DNA from: Eledone cirrhosa
Taxonomy: Eukaryota
NCBI GenBank assembly: GCA_964016885.1
Contig: OZ024744.1
Location: forward strand, 86,614,001-86,678,000
Length of the DNA stretch: 64,000 nt
Direction: 5' to 3'
Shown here piece after piece: positions 29,111 through 43,056 of this stretch. The notes under the pieces were generated by a model. That model ran no database searches and had not been told where the DNA came from. It saw only the letters and a list, made by a program, of their open reading frames with translations. Both the position numbers and the translations under genes were made by a program. Positions within the stretch are counted from its first letter, which is position 1. Every line of letters starts with the position of its first letter.

Positions 29111-29419
29111 TCATCGAATGTAAAAAGAATTATATGAAGTGAACACAAATTCTCATATAGTTTGCCGGGGGTAAAATCCCTGAACAAAAAAAAAACAACA
29201 ACAAAAAACAAACATTAGAACTAAGCAACGTGCTGGTCATTGGGCCTTAATAAACGGAATAACTGGTGAGAAAGATAAACCCTCTCAAGCGAGGTTCTAG
29301 AAAAGATGCAAAAGAAACTGGGTCAAACACTTTTAAGTGTCTCCTTGAGCTGTCGAAGGTGATCTCCCACTAGTGCAGTTGTCACTTCTATTAGACAGCA
29401 CACATTTTTTTTTTTTTAG

Positions 29420-30035
29420 CGAAATCCATCTTGCAATCAAATCCCATGAGAACAAGAAATCTCCAGGTTTTGACAATATTTTAAAATGATATGAAAATAA
29501 CCTAAACTGGCTTCCATTCTTCGGTCTATATATAAGATCTTAAACACTCTTTTCTACCATCAATTTGGCTTAAAGCTAACATAATTAATTCCCATTAAGA
29601 AAGGTGAACTCTCTTTTAACAAAGACTACCAGGGAATCACATTCATGTCAATTACTGCCAAGATTCATAACCAATTAATTATATACCAAATTGTTCCATC
29701 AATTGGTCCGCTCCTTCTAATCAAGCATAAATATTTCTGACGAGGTACTCATTTTTAGATTCTGGCTCTAAGAAGGAAAGTTGAAGATATACGAAATTCC
29801 AGCAAGGAAATGGTTCTTGATTTCATAGACTTTTATAAAACCTTCGACAGCATAAAGAAAAACAATGTCTTCTTCTAAAACTTTCATTTCTATGCCACTC
29901 CATTCATGCCTCTGGAAGAAACTGGGACTTTCTATAAATAAAAATACTATTGAAACTTAACATCTCTGCAGTGAAACTTAACTTCTCGTGTGTTGTAAGG
30001 AAGAAAAACTCTTCCACAATTATTTTACATAGCGC
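29420..30035 (+). mobile_element. Degraded RTE-like LINE reverse transcriptase fragment
   Basis: Broken frames give KSPGFDNI, PIKKGEL..KDYQGITFMSITAKIHN, ILALRR and FIDFYKTFDSI. Confidence 0.7.
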
Positions 30036-30039
30036 TAGA

Positions 30040-30572
<533 letters not shown>

Positions 30573-30677
30573 GTTTTTGTCAGTAGTATTTGCTTTTCAT
30601 GCTTGTTTCCCATACTAATTTGTCCTTATAAGAGACCCTGATCCGTCGCCCTTGTGGCAAACAGAGAAAGAAATTAC

Positions 30678-30945
30678 CATCATCAACATCGTCATCCTCC
30701 TCCTGCTCCCCTTCAACCTCCTCCTCCTCCACCTCCTCCTCCACCACCACCTCCTCCTCCTCCTCATCATCATCATCATCATTATCATTATCATCATCAT
30801 CATCATCAACATGGTCATCCTCCTCCTGCTCCTCTTCAACCTCCTCCTCCACCACCTCCTCCACCACCACCACCTCCTCCTCTCCTCCTCCTCCTCATCA
30901 TCATCATCGTCATCGTCATCATCATCGTCATCGTCATCTTCCTCA
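30678..30945. repeat. (CCT/CAT)n low-complexity block with an internal ~120-bp duplication
   Basis: 'catcatcaacat.gtcatcctcctcctgctcc.cttcaacctcctcc' occurs twice. Confidence 0.85.
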
Positions 30946-31098
30946 GCAACATTGCCATTATCATCATCGTGATCTTATTTATTTGGATATGTATATATCT
31001 GTGTATATACATATTCCCACAAACACGCACATATATGTACGCATAAACACACGCATACACACACACGCATGCACACACACACACATATTTATATATGT

Positions 31099-31182
<84 letters not shown>

Positions 31183-31302
31183 TATAATTATATATATAAA
31201 TATATATATATACATAATTACATATATATATATGTATATAAGTATATATATATATAATATTATATATATATGTATATATATATATATATATATGTATATA
31301 TC

Positions 31303-31337
<35 letters not shown>

Positions 31338-31386
31338 ATTATATATATTTATGTATATATAATATATATATATATACATATATACA

Positions 31387-31417
<31 letters not shown>

Positions 31418-31448
31418 ACACATATACATATATATATATGTATATATA

Positions 31449-31539
<91 letters not shown>

Positions 31540-32256
31540 CTGGTAAATCTCTGAAATAAACAAATAAATAAGTAAATAAATAAATCATTATTATACAAGT
31601 TAACTTGTCAAACAGCTAACAACTTACTCAGGATTATTGATCACTAAATTCGTCATATACAAATATATTTGGCACCAAATCCTACCCGCATGCAAACATA
31701 TACTCTCACATATCCAAACACTTAGATAAGTACACACACGCCCAGACACACACACACACACACACACATACCCCCCCCCCCCCCACACACACACACTCAC
31801 ACACATACTCCACTCGCATACACATACATACATAACGATTTGAACATATATATTTATATGTCTGTGTTCGTTTTTCTTTTATATTCATTTATAATATGTG
31901 CAAGCATATACATTCTATCTTATATACACTCATTTAGAAATATAGGGGCGCATGCACACATCCAGACCTAAAATATTTGGCATGTATCAATTTTCCACAA
32001 ACAAACGCAAAAATATTACAAAGACAATCGCGCACACGCATACGTACCTGAATATATGTTTGCAGTTATTATATATATATATATATATATATAAATGACC
32101 GGAGCAAGCAATTATCAAACAATCTTTTAAATAAATTAAAAAACTATTTAAATATTCACCTGTTACCGACGGTTTCACCAATCCGAAGATTGGAAATCCA
32201 GAGAATTTCCAATGGAAAGAATTAGATCTTCAGACAGCTTATTTCCATACCATAAA

Positions 32257-32483
32257 GGTGCAAATCTCATAGTAAGTCAATATTTCGCTTCCTGCCCAAC
32301 GCATGCGGTCAGGCCGTTAAAGTGACTCACACGCAAAATTAGGCCACAAGTAAAAGCTGGTTATTATAAACTTGTTGATCATGCCACTAAAAATAGCAGC
32401 ACGATACAACGTTTTGTTCTCTACATAAGGAGAACAATCAATGGGCAGGAAGCGAAATATCGACTTTCTATGAGATTTGCACC
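32257..32483. mobile_element. ~227-bp MITE with 42-bp TIRs (possibly Kolobok- or Harbinger-type)
   Basis: ggtgcaaatctcatagtaagtcaatatttcgcttcctgccca and tgggcaggaagcgaaatatcgactttctatgagatttgcacc pair with 2 mismatches. Confidence 0.75.
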
Positions 32484-32654
32484 CGATTTGCATCGTTTTA
32501 TTTTCAATCCTTTAAAATTATAATGATATTACTATACTATTTCATTATAATATCATTTTAAAGATTGTAAATAAGACAAAGTTAATCAAAGTTGGAATTC
32601 CTTTTATTAATATAATCCTCAATGCACAATCATACACACCCGTGTATATTTATT

Positions 32655-32758
<104 letters not shown>

Positions 32759-32760
32759 TA

Positions 32761-32833
<73 letters not shown>

Positions 32834-32916
32834 CGTTTCTGAATTTGTTTAGCAAGATCTTTATCTGAAAACGTGTGTTGAAACCGATATTATTATACTT
32901 TATAAAATAATCCCCA

Positions 32917-32959
32917 GTCACTGAAGAGGTCACAAAATATGTGACGAAAGAACTTTGAC
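32917..32959 (+). ncRNA. Minimal type-I hammerhead ribozyme
   Basis: GTCA-CTGAAGA-G-GTCACA-AAATA-TGTGAC-GAAA-GAAC-TT-TGAC. Confidence 0.7.
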
Positions 32960-33116
32960 AATATATGAACAACCGTCCGGTTGTGGAACCAACCAACCGA
33001 CCGAAATTTATAAATTTAATTTATAATAAATTGGAATTAAAGCAACTGGTGCGTGTGTTTCTTATTGGCAACATGACCCTCCCAAAGTATAACAATGTAT
33101 AACAATACATATATAT

Positions 33117-33151
<35 letters not shown>

Positions 33152-35069
33152 GGAACAAGTATGATCCCGACGGCAGAGCTCTAGCCGTTTCGACGGCTAT
33201 TTCTGCACTAAATAAGAATTTTTAGCCTGGTAAATAAATAGCCGAATTTCTCAGGGGGTATTTCCTTATATGGGAAGATAGTAATTGTCAAGAGGATTGG
33301 TCAAAATTTGTTGTAAAGACAGATAAATCTATCATGGCATTTGGTGGGAGGTAGGGGTGGCTGAAATTGCCGGTAGAACAAAGAGGGAGTGGGGGAAACT
33401 CAGTCAGGCGTTGAAAGTGAAATCTATACAGCAGATTCTAAGTATAGTATATAAAAGGTCGAGAAAAGTGTACTGGAGAAGAGGAGGGGGGGGGGGGGGG
33501 GGGAGTTGAAAAAATAGGTAAACCGAAAGGGAGTAAAAAAAAAACACCAATTATAAAAAAATAAGGAAATAAATATATAAAAACAATTTCTGGTTTCTAC
33601 TCCATTCCTACAATCACCAAGTTTCTCATTGGCATTGCTAAGCTATAGAAACGTTTAATAGATGGAGAATGGGAAAAAATACTAAATACGAGATTGTAGT
33701 GAAAGAAATTTATAAAGCCGGCTTTACAGGAGGTCTAACACCGTTGCTATAGATAGTTAGTAATCAGTCAAAGCTATCTTACAATGACAGTCTAATAAGT
33801 TGAGAACAAAAATACTAAAATACTACTACAAAAATACTAATACAAAATACTAATACAAAAATACTAATACAATAATACTAATACAAAAAATACTAATACA
33901 AGAATACCACTAAGAAATTTAGAAACCATAGAAATGGAGCATCAACCAGAAAGAAAAAAAATTACTGGGGTCTAACACATCTGCTATAAAAAGCGTAATC
34001 GGCCAATTATATCTTAAGATTTGGGGGAGGGGTACTGAGGCTACAGAGGACCGATGGGCTGCATCGCAGTAGGCGAAAGGTGAAAACAAGACGAGGAAGG
34101 AGATCTCGGGTGGAAGGACTAGGAAGAGAATGGGGGAAGAAGGAGACATAGATGAAAAGATAAAAGAGTTACGTCGATCTTTGTAAGCAGGACTTTCCCC
34201 TTACAAAATCGGCAAGTGGGGGGTATCAGCCCTTGTCTACCCCCTCGCCCCCTTCCGGGTCATTATGGGGTTTGAGGGCAAGGTAAATCCTACGCAATCT
34301 GTGTTTGCATGCGGTTACCAGTTCGTCTTTTTTGTTTAGGAGTTGGTCCTTCGAAAACAGCATTTGTAATGTTTCCTCCGAGCATAAGTTACACGGGCGG
34401 CGTCCTCCCGTGTAAGAGTTAGCTCTGGACAGTAAGCTCCAAGTGAGATTGTAGGTTATATTATTATCTTTGAGGTCCCAGATGTGGGCCGAAAGTTTAG
34501 TGGCATGTCGCCGGGCCGGGTTTCGAAAAGTATGTCGGTGTTGGTATAGCCGGATCTTGAAGTCACAAGCGGTTAATCCTATATAAGCTTTGTTGTAGGT
34601 GTCCGTCCTAACGTTGCACTGGTAGATCACATTACGATCTCGGCATCTGTTCTTATATATTTATTTCCTTATTTTTATAATGGGTGTTTTTTTACTCCCT
34701 TTCGGTTACCTATTCTTTCAACCCCCCCCCCCCCTCCTCTTCTCCAGAACACTTTTGTCGACCTATTATACACTATCCTTAGAATCTGCTGTATAGATTT
34801 CACTTTCAACGCCTGACTGGGTTTTCCCCACTCCCTCTTTATTCTACCGGCAAGTTCAGCTACCCCTACCTCCCACCAAATGCCATGATTGATTTATTTG
34901 TCTTTACAACAAATTTTTGACCAATCCTGTTGACAATTACTATCTTCCCATATAAGGAAACACCCCCCTGAGAAGTTCGGCTATTTATTTACCAGGCTAA
35001 AAATTCTTATTTAGTGCAGAAATAGCCGTCGAAACGGCTTGAGCTCTGCCGTCGGGGTCATACTTGTTC
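33152..35069 (-). mobile_element. 5'-truncated Penelope-like element: GIY-YIG endonuclease C-terminus and 3' region, with an inverted copy of its own 3' end at the 5' junction
   Basis: ORF 34226-34630 reads IYQC...AYIGLT..FKIRLYQH...LSAHIWDLK...CNLCSEE...LLNKKDELVTACKH; ~430-bp inverted arms at 33152-33585 and 34648-35069; flanked by (TA)n. Confidence 0.88.
34226..34650 (-). pseudogene. Penelope-type GIY-YIG endonuclease domain fragment
   Basis: (V)IY...YIG motif, catalytic R and E, downstream N, CxxC. Confidence 0.85.
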
Positions 35070-35149
35070 ATATTACCCACTCTTCTACCCTAAGTATTGA
35101 GTACTTTGGTGCGTTATGGTCCATCTGGTTCCTGACCACAATTCTTTCG

Positions 35150-35226
<77 letters not shown>

Positions 35227-35274
35227 ATAAAATAACAGGAGGCTGGACTGGTGTAATTCCTTAAAAGTTTTATT

Positions 35275-35332
35275 ATACTATGATCATTTCAATGAACGGG
35301 TTCAGTATGAATTCGGTGACATCAACAGGTAT
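35275..35332 (-). ncRNA. Degenerate hammerhead motif
   Basis: ATAC-CTGTTGA-...-GAAA-TGATCA-TA-GTAT; A6 mutated, palindromic stem III. Confidence 0.4.
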
Positions 35333-36332
35333 TCGAAATATAACAAAGGAATATAATAGACAAAATCCATAGTGCTGAAAATCAGAGAATGAGGGCGGCC
35401 GACCATTTAGCAGCTACCAGCCCGGTCAACCGCCCTCAAGTGATGATTATTAAGTCTACTTATGTCCTTGTGGTGGAAGGACGTAGAATTATAGTCTACT
35501 ACTACCACCCTGTCAAAGACACAGGCCAGCGGTGAGATCAGGTTACATTCAAGCTGGTTATGAGTGCTAGAATGTGCCGCGAAAAATATTTTTTCCAAAA
35601 CAGGTATTTCATTAACAAAGCTATATATATGGCGCCAGCACAGTATATTGTATGGTAAGAAATTGCAATTAGCAATTAAAAACGTTACATTTTCTTTAGA
35701 GTTAAAAGATCCCATTTAAGATGAAATTAGAAAAGTAAGATTTAGGTTTAAAGTTGGGAGATTTAGCTAAAGAATTTACAGAAGGAGGCTTTTAAGAAAA
35801 AGTATAAGTGTATTATATATAGTCACGATAAAGTTTCAGGGTGGAATATAGAGTAAAGATTAAGCCCATGCTTAGCGCATATTAATCAGTGATGTTGCAG
35901 ACCCCCGGCCAGCCCGGGGCCCAACGGCGTGTCAACCGTTTCGTCTAGCGAAAGAAAGGGAAATTTATTTTCCAAGCACTCCAGGAATGTTGACTGTTTT
36001 AAGCGCCGGGTGTGCTAGCCGGAAGTCCGCCACCGTCAGCTGGCTATCGTATATACCTAGCGATTACTAGTTATTCACACTGTTGGGGGATTTAGTTGAG
36101 TGCTAGTAGGAGGAGGCATCATAAAGTTAAAAGTTATTTAAAGGTAGTGTTTGGCGGTCAATACCCGGTTGCACAACAGATTCCAAGTTTGACAGGGCCC
36201 CAGGGCAAAACAACCGTTCCGAGTATATTCGTTTACCGAAAGAAGGGGAAATTTAATTTTTGCAAGCACTCCAGGAATGTTAACTGTTTTAAGCGCCGGG
36301 TGTGCTAGCGGGAAGTCCTCTACCGTCAGCTG

Positions 36333-38660
36333 GCTCAAACACCCTGAGCCACCCACTGATCGCATACCCATACACCCACCGGACCCCCACCTGCTCCTTG
36401 TGACTACTGATGCAGATATCATGTCCGCCATCAGGTCCTTCTCAGCTAGCAGTTGCGGAGGTGTTGATGGTCACCGACCAGGCCACCTCATGGAGTTGAA
36501 ATCCCCCCTCTCCGCTGAGGCCGGGCGCCGCCTTCTGAGTGCAATTGTGGCGCTCACCAATCGGCTCATTCATGGTGCCCTCGACCCTTACGCCCGAGGT
36601 CTTTTTTTTGGGGCCAGCCTCACCGCTCTTAGGAAGAAAGAGGGTGGCATACGCCCCATTTCTGTGGGCAATGTCTTCCAGAGGTTGGCTGCCAAGGTGA
36701 TCTGCAAGTTCGTCACACACGAAGTGGGTGAGGAGTTTAGTCCGGTGCAACTGTGTGTCGGCGTGTCTGGTAGCTGTGAGGGAGCCTCTCATGCAATCAG
36801 GCAGTTCTTCAGCAGCTTCCCATCGGTACCGGCATCCAGGGACTCCAGGCACCTCATTGTCAAGCTTGACATGAGGAATACATTTAACTCTTTACGCCCG
36901 GATCATCTGCTCGAGGCCTGCCTCAGGCGAGCCCACTCAGCCTACCCGCTGGCCTACCTGTCATATGGAGCGCCGAGCATGCTCCTAACTCTTCATACGG
37001 TCATACCCTCGGCTACTGGGGTCCAACAGGGCGACCCTTTGGAACCCCTCCTGTTCGCCCTTGGTATTGACCACATCGCCCGGAGTATCACGGCCCCTCT
37101 CAACGTTTGGTATCTGGATGATGCTACGTTGGGCGGGCCCGTACGGACGGTCTGCCAAGACCTTCAATCGGTGATTCGTGCTCTGGCGGGAATCGGCCTC
37201 CAGGTCAACTCGGCCAAGTCGGAGGTGGTGAACGTTAGCCTCGATGCTGCGAGCTTTGCAGCCTCCGTCTTGGACGTGCGGTCCATTCTCCGCCAGGTTC
37301 AGGTGACCCCCAAAGAGGATGTCCTCATCCTCGGGTCACCGATCCACCCGCCGGCCATCCGGTCCACCTTTAATTTCCAGGCTTCAACAGCTTCAGACAC
37401 TCACGAGCCGACTGGGCTTGATTGACGGCCACCGAGCTCTCTTTCTGCTGAGGACCTGCTTCGCCATGCCGAATCTACTCTATACACTCCGCAGCGCTCC
37501 ATGCTACACCCAGATATCTATCCTCGCTGACCTCGATACTTGTATACGAGCAGCAGCCGAGTGGATATGCAACGTCAAGTTTGACGACATAGGGTGGCAA
37601 CAGGCCACTTTACCGCTCAGGTATGGCGGCCTAGGCCTCCGGTCCCGGATCTCACTAGCTTTGCCGGCGTATCTTTCGTCGGTAACCTCCTGCCGCGTCC
37701 TCGTCAGCAGGGTTCTTCAAAACACAACAGAACCCTCTGTGTTCAGAGAACGTGAGGCCGCCTGTGAGACGTGGGACCGACTGGGACTTAGCCCAGTAGA
37801 CGTCCCTCTTCCTTCTCCCCCTGTTGACATCAAGTCCCCCCAACGCACTTGGGATGCCATCCAGTGCAGCTTGGCCTCAGACAGGCTCACGCGCCAGCTC
37901 TACCAGCACCGCCTTACTTGTTTTCGTGCGGCCTCCAAACCCCACAGTGGTGCCTGGCTCCATGCTCTGTCCTCCTTCTCCACTGGCACGCAGCTAGACC
38001 ATTATAGCCTGCGAATCGGCGTTTCTGTGAGGCTCGGCCTCCGGATCTGCCAGCCACACCAATGTCGCTGCGGTTCCACCGTGGATTCTTTCGGCCTCCA
38101 CCCGCTTTCCTGTCGCCACAGTGCCGGCTGCATTCCACGGCATACTGCCCTCAATGAGGTCATTAAGCATAGCTTGGACGCTGCAGGCTTCCCTTCCCAG
38201 CTCGAGCCGGTGGGGCTGGATCGAGGGGACGGCAAAAGGCCAGATGGCATGACCATCTTCCCGTTCCGCGGTGGCAAACCCCTCGTCTGGGATGCCACTT
38301 GGACCGACACTTTCTGCACCCGCAACCTGGTGCAGTCTGCGACTGACCCAGGTTCTGCTGCACGTCGGGCTGAGGGGGCCAAACTCCTCAAGTACCGGTC
38401 GCTCTCCATCAGGTTTGCGGTCGTTCCCCTGGCAGAGGAAACTTCCGGTGTCCTCGGCCCCAGGGCTAACTCCTTACTCACCACCATAGGCGCTGAGCTG
38501 GCCAGCCGCAGGTGTGAGCCCCGCGAGTTTTAGTGGCTTTTCCTGCGCGTCTCCCTTGCCGTGCTCCGGGGAAACGCCTTCTCCATTCTGCCCGCCGGGG
38601 CTGTGGGTGGGCCCCATCGCGTACCAATACATTAGTTAAATACCATTCTTTCATCTGATA
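36333..38660 (+). mobile_element. CRE-like RT+RLE non-LTR retrotransposon, 5'-truncated (copy 2); RT essentially complete, one frameshift near 37370
   Basis: LRKKEGGIRPISVG, KLDMRNTFNSL, GVQQGDPLEPLLF, WYLDDATL, ILGSPI; CRCG..H.LSC zinc finger; RPDG..WDAT..E.AK..KY RLE. Confidence 0.93.
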
Positions 38661-40008
38661 CAACACAATAAAGATTTTATATTAATTGCTTATTAGGCGA
38701 TGAAACATATGTTAATGCTTGGAATAAAACCCTATTATATCGCTAAAAATACAGATTAAGGTGCAGTAAATGGACAATAGATATCACGGTTGGAGAATAC
38801 ATATAGATGTAGAGGAAGGAAGAGTTGGAGAGGAATCAGGTGATACCTAGTGTAGGTTCGAGTCTTAATTTTCAATGTGAATCCCAAAAGCCCTGAAATA
38901 TAGGCTAGAGAATTCAGTCAATATAATACTGGGTATAGTAGAATATGTTGACTTTTTGAAGAATCTATGCGGTCTGGTGTAGTCTGAGTATTCACGACAG
39001 GGAAGCAGCAATGCATGGTCCGGGTGGGCGGTAGACATAGCTTAATGCAGCCAAAATCCGAATGGTGTGTAGTTAGTCCCATGCTGGCGATTGCTTTACA
39101 CTGGAGCCAGGGCCCCTGTTCATTATTACATCTGGAAGCGATCCACATTTCCTGGAGCATTATTTATTTATGCGGGTTGGTACACCACTGGATAGAACTG
39201 GTGATTCCGTATGGTCAAACTCGATGTAATGCAACTCGAGCACTCGACGTAATGCAACTAACCCGTCTTCGTTTGTGTTGTATATATATATATATATTTT
39301 TATTTTTCATGTCAGTCCTTCAGTTAAGCTTCTACCGTCTCGATAACTTCATCTGCTACGCATACGGTAAAATATTAACCTTAGGGCAGAAAATCCTTCT
39401 AATATTTACACTCTGCTTTTCGTAAATATAGTGTATTAAGTTAGATAATGGTCTTACCAGTCATAATCAGTAAAATTCCATATTTAGAGCGGGTTAGGGA
39501 TTCTGAGGTAGGGATTATGGAGGATGTCTCAGTTCTAGAGTAGACGCTTAGTTCATGTTTTTACGAATTCGATGGTCTTATCCACTAGATAATTTGTTTG
39601 TTACTATGTTTTTTTCTCTGTGTATTATTTACGTATAGGGTTTTCTATAATTACCTTGTATTTGTTCTAGATATATTTACGTTCGGATTTATGTATGGCG
39701 CGTTTCGTGATCGGTCAACTCAAGGTACAATTGATCACGACCGTCTCGATGGTAGAAAGAGAGATAGATAGAGATAGATAGATAGATAGATAGAGAGAGA
39801 GAGTAAGAGAGAGCAAGAAAGATAGTGAGAAAGGGCAGTGAGAGAGAGAGAGAAACAGACAGAGAGTGAGCGCAAGAAAAATAGTGAAAGAAAGGGAGAG
39901 AGAGTGAGAGAGAATAGAGAGAGAGAGAGAGAAAGAGGGAGAGAGAGAGGGATATATATATATATAGAGAGAGATTACAATAATCAAAGTTCAGTTTAAA
40001 TCATTTAT

Positions 40009-40057
40009 TTGCTTACAATTGTTTCCTCCAAAACGAGGTTTGGATTCTTCGGAGCAA
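40009..40057 (-). ncRNA. Type-I hammerhead motif (U4C variant)
   Basis: TTGCT-CCGAAGA-A-TCCAAA-CCTCGT-TTTGGA-G-GAAAC-AATT-GTA-AGCAA; palindromic ACAATTGT. Confidence 0.6.
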
Positions 40058-40226
40058 CTATTTAGTGATCTATAACATACTTGACCTCCTTTTCAACACA
40101 AGAGACATATAAAAACATATGCATATATTGACCCACAGTGGGTTGACATCCATCATAATGATATAGCATGGCAACTTACATATAAAGGTTAAAGGATTAA
40201 AATGAAAATAAAAATAAAAATAAAAA

Positions 40227-40278
<52 letters not shown>

Positions 40279-40352
40279 ACATGTATTTATGTATCGTTGT
40301 ATCTACGTGTTAGTTCCAACTAATTTTTAGACGAACTAAAATATGCCTTATG

Positions 40353-40570
40353 AGGTGTGCCTTAGTGGCCAGAGTGTTCGATTCCCGGACCGAGTGATGT
40401 ACCGTGTCCTTGAGAAAAGACACCTTATTTTTGACGTTGTTCCAGTTCACTCAGCTGTATAAATGAATTACATCTGTGGTGCTAATCTATATTCGCCTTC
40501 GCCTTTCCTGTGAAAGGTATCGGTGGCATGGTGAGGGGGGACTAGTAAGCACGGGTGACTGCTGTTCTTT
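40353..40570 (+). mobile_element. Different tRNA-derived SINE with a Meta-domain-like core
   Basis: Box A 'tgccttagtgg', box B 'gttcgattcc', core 'gtgtccttgagaaaagacacc...ttgttccagttcactcagctgt..aaatga'. Confidence 0.55.
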
Positions 40571-40596
40571 TGGCTCATAGTATCTCAATAATATAT

Positions 40597-40793
40597 AATT
40601 AATTGTTTCTACTTTAGGCACTAGGCCAGCAAATTACCCAGTGCTTTACTGGTACTTTATTTTATCGACCCCGTAAGGATGAAGGGCAAAGTCAACCTCG
40701 GCGGGATTTGAACTCAGATCGTAAAGGGACGTAACTACGTATGCTGGAAAGCATGGCGTCCGACCCTCTACCGATACTGCCAATCCACCGCCC
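40597..40793 (-). mobile_element. tRNA-derived SINE, full length
   Basis: Closely matches the other copies. Confidence 0.92.
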
Positions 40794-40860
40794 TAAATTG
40801 TTGTCCAATCGTGGCTGAATTGCTCAATCTTTTTTTTTTTTTTTTCATGTATAACATATA

Positions 40861-41015
40861 AGGCAGTATCGTTAGAGGGTCTGATGCCATGCTTTGCAGC
40901 ATGGAGTTACGGGCCTTTGCGATCTGAGTTCAAATCCCACCGAGGTTGATAAAATAAAATACCAGTAATGTACTGGGATAATTGCTGGCCTTGTGCCAAA
41001 AGTAGAAACAATAAT
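40861..41015 (+). mobile_element. tRNA-derived SINE, internally deleted, head-to-head with the previous copy
   Basis: Box B GAGTTCAAATCC and tail present. Confidence 0.85.
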
Positions 41016-41045
41016 TTGTTTAGTTTTTATTTTACAGAATAGAAA

Positions 41046-41242
41046 ATATGTGGTGAAAAAATAGAAATTAGAGTCATTTTACTCTACTTGTGGAAAACAG
41101 GGCTGAAGGCAAGAGCAGCGGCAAATGAAATTAACGATGTGGAAGGCGCAGGAACTATAAAGGAACATGTGGCACAAAACTGGTTCAGACGGTTCAAGAA
41201 AGCTATCACAAACCTTGAAGACACAATCAAGGTCATGGAGAC
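41046..41242 (+). mobile_element. Mariner transposase N-terminal HTH fragment
   Basis: EIRVILLYLWKTGLKARAAANEINDVEGAGTIKEHVAQNWFRRFK..TNLED. Confidence 0.8.
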
Positions 41243-41690
41243 ATTGTATCAGTTATGTAATTGATATGACCAAGACATACAGGTATTTTGTAACCGTTTA
41301 TACTGAGATATATTCCAAGCGAGTATTTTTGATGTTTTCACCTCAAGCCCGGCAAATGATTACACAATAGATCTCTGACGAGGTCATATCAATTACATAG
41401 TTAGTGCCATTGAAATGCGTGTAACAGCAATGTTAAAACTAATAAAAGGATATAAGATTCAAGAATATCACCGGCTTCTTCATTTTCCCCCATTCCTTTC
41501 GCTTCTCACTTGATATCATTCTATTTCACCTTTTATTTTAAAATCTCTCCCCCGATGATGGATTAGTGTCCGAAATTTAAAGAGCCTCTTCCTTAAGCGT
41601 TAAACTAATATGCTTCATCATTGTACTGTGTTGTTTGCATTGTTGTTTCCGTTTATGTTTTGCACACATAAACACACACACACATACACT

Positions 41691-41721
<31 letters not shown>

Positions 41722-41952
41722 GTATATGTATATATATAGAGAGAGAGATATGAGAAAAACCACAGACCCTCCATCTCAACTCTACTTTTGAAAAGCAGAA
41801 GAACTGCGAAACCGGTAAAGGAACCAAATAAATATATATATTTAAAAAAAAAATAAGACTCCAGTTGCATTTTCGATTTCATCTTTTTTTCATTATACTT
41901 TCACTCGTGTAGGACACCTCGGTTATTTTTCATTTTGTAAAAAAATCCTCAC

Positions 41953-42075
<123 letters not shown>

Positions 42076-42266
42076 TATTGAAGTTTGCTTGAAGCATTGT
42101 GGAATAATAAGTAAATATCTTTAAGTCGTTTGGAAGCCTCGACAATACAAATGGGTAAATCTCCGGGTAACAAGATCCGGTGGTGGAGAGAGAGATGTAA
42201 GTGGGTGTACGTTGAGATGCGTGGTGTGTATACGACGTGTAGAAGAATGAAGGAAAGAGTATAAAG

Positions 42267-42409
42267 GATAAAATAAAAATAACAACACGAGAGAGAGTTT
42301 CCCCCACCCCGGAAAAATCCCCAGTTGATGGATATGAATCCGAAATATATAGGGACAATTAAATCTCTCCCAAGGTAACTCTCTCTCGTGTTGTTATTTT
42401 TATTTTATC
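42267..42409 (+). ncRNA. Degenerate hammerhead (42318-42355) enclosed by a ~33-bp inverted repeat
   Basis: TCCC-CAGTTGA-T-GGAT-ATGA-ATCC-GAAA-TATA-TA-GGGA between gataaaataaaaataacaacacgagagagagtt and its reverse complement. Confidence 0.45.
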
Positions 42410-42413
42410 TCTC

Positions 42414-42468
<55 letters not shown>

Positions 42469-42814
42469 ATTTTTGAATTTGTTTTGCATAATTTCTTATC
42501 TGAAAACTTGTGTTGAAGCACAAATTGTTATACTTTGGGAGGGTCATGCTGCCACTAAAGACACACGCTCCTGTTGATTTTCATTTCAATTTATAATAAA
42601 TTTCCGGTTGGTTGGTTGGTTCGATAACCGGATGGTTGTTTAAATATTGTCAAAGCTGTTTCGTCAAACATTCTTTGACGGATTTTATTTCTCACTCTTT
42701 TGCTCTGTCATACACCATCTTACTTTTGTGAGTTGTGTGCTGTGAAGAAAAACGCAATAGGTGCGTGTGTTTTTTACTGGCAGCATGACTCTCCCAAAGA
42801 ATATATATATATTG

Positions 42815-42861
<47 letters not shown>

Positions 42862-42972
42862 ACGGCGATGAATTTGTTTTGGAAGGTTTTGTATATGAAA
42901 TCGTGTGTCGAAACAAATATTGTTCTGTTATTATTTCTGGAAATATTATTACAACAATATGACCCTCACCAA

Positions 42973-43056
<84 letters not shown>

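Noticed and set aside
32160-32200. CCAATC-UUCG-GATTGG hairpin followed by GAAACCGUC on the minus strand
   Set aside because: Looks like a hammerhead 3' half, but the CUGANGA core is absent; too incomplete to call
36277-38533. Bacterial retron / group II intron RT or contamination, suggested by high GC
   Set aside because: RT followed by a CCHC finger and PD-(D/E)xK RLE is the eukaryotic CRE-type architecture, and it is present in three copies embedded in host repeats
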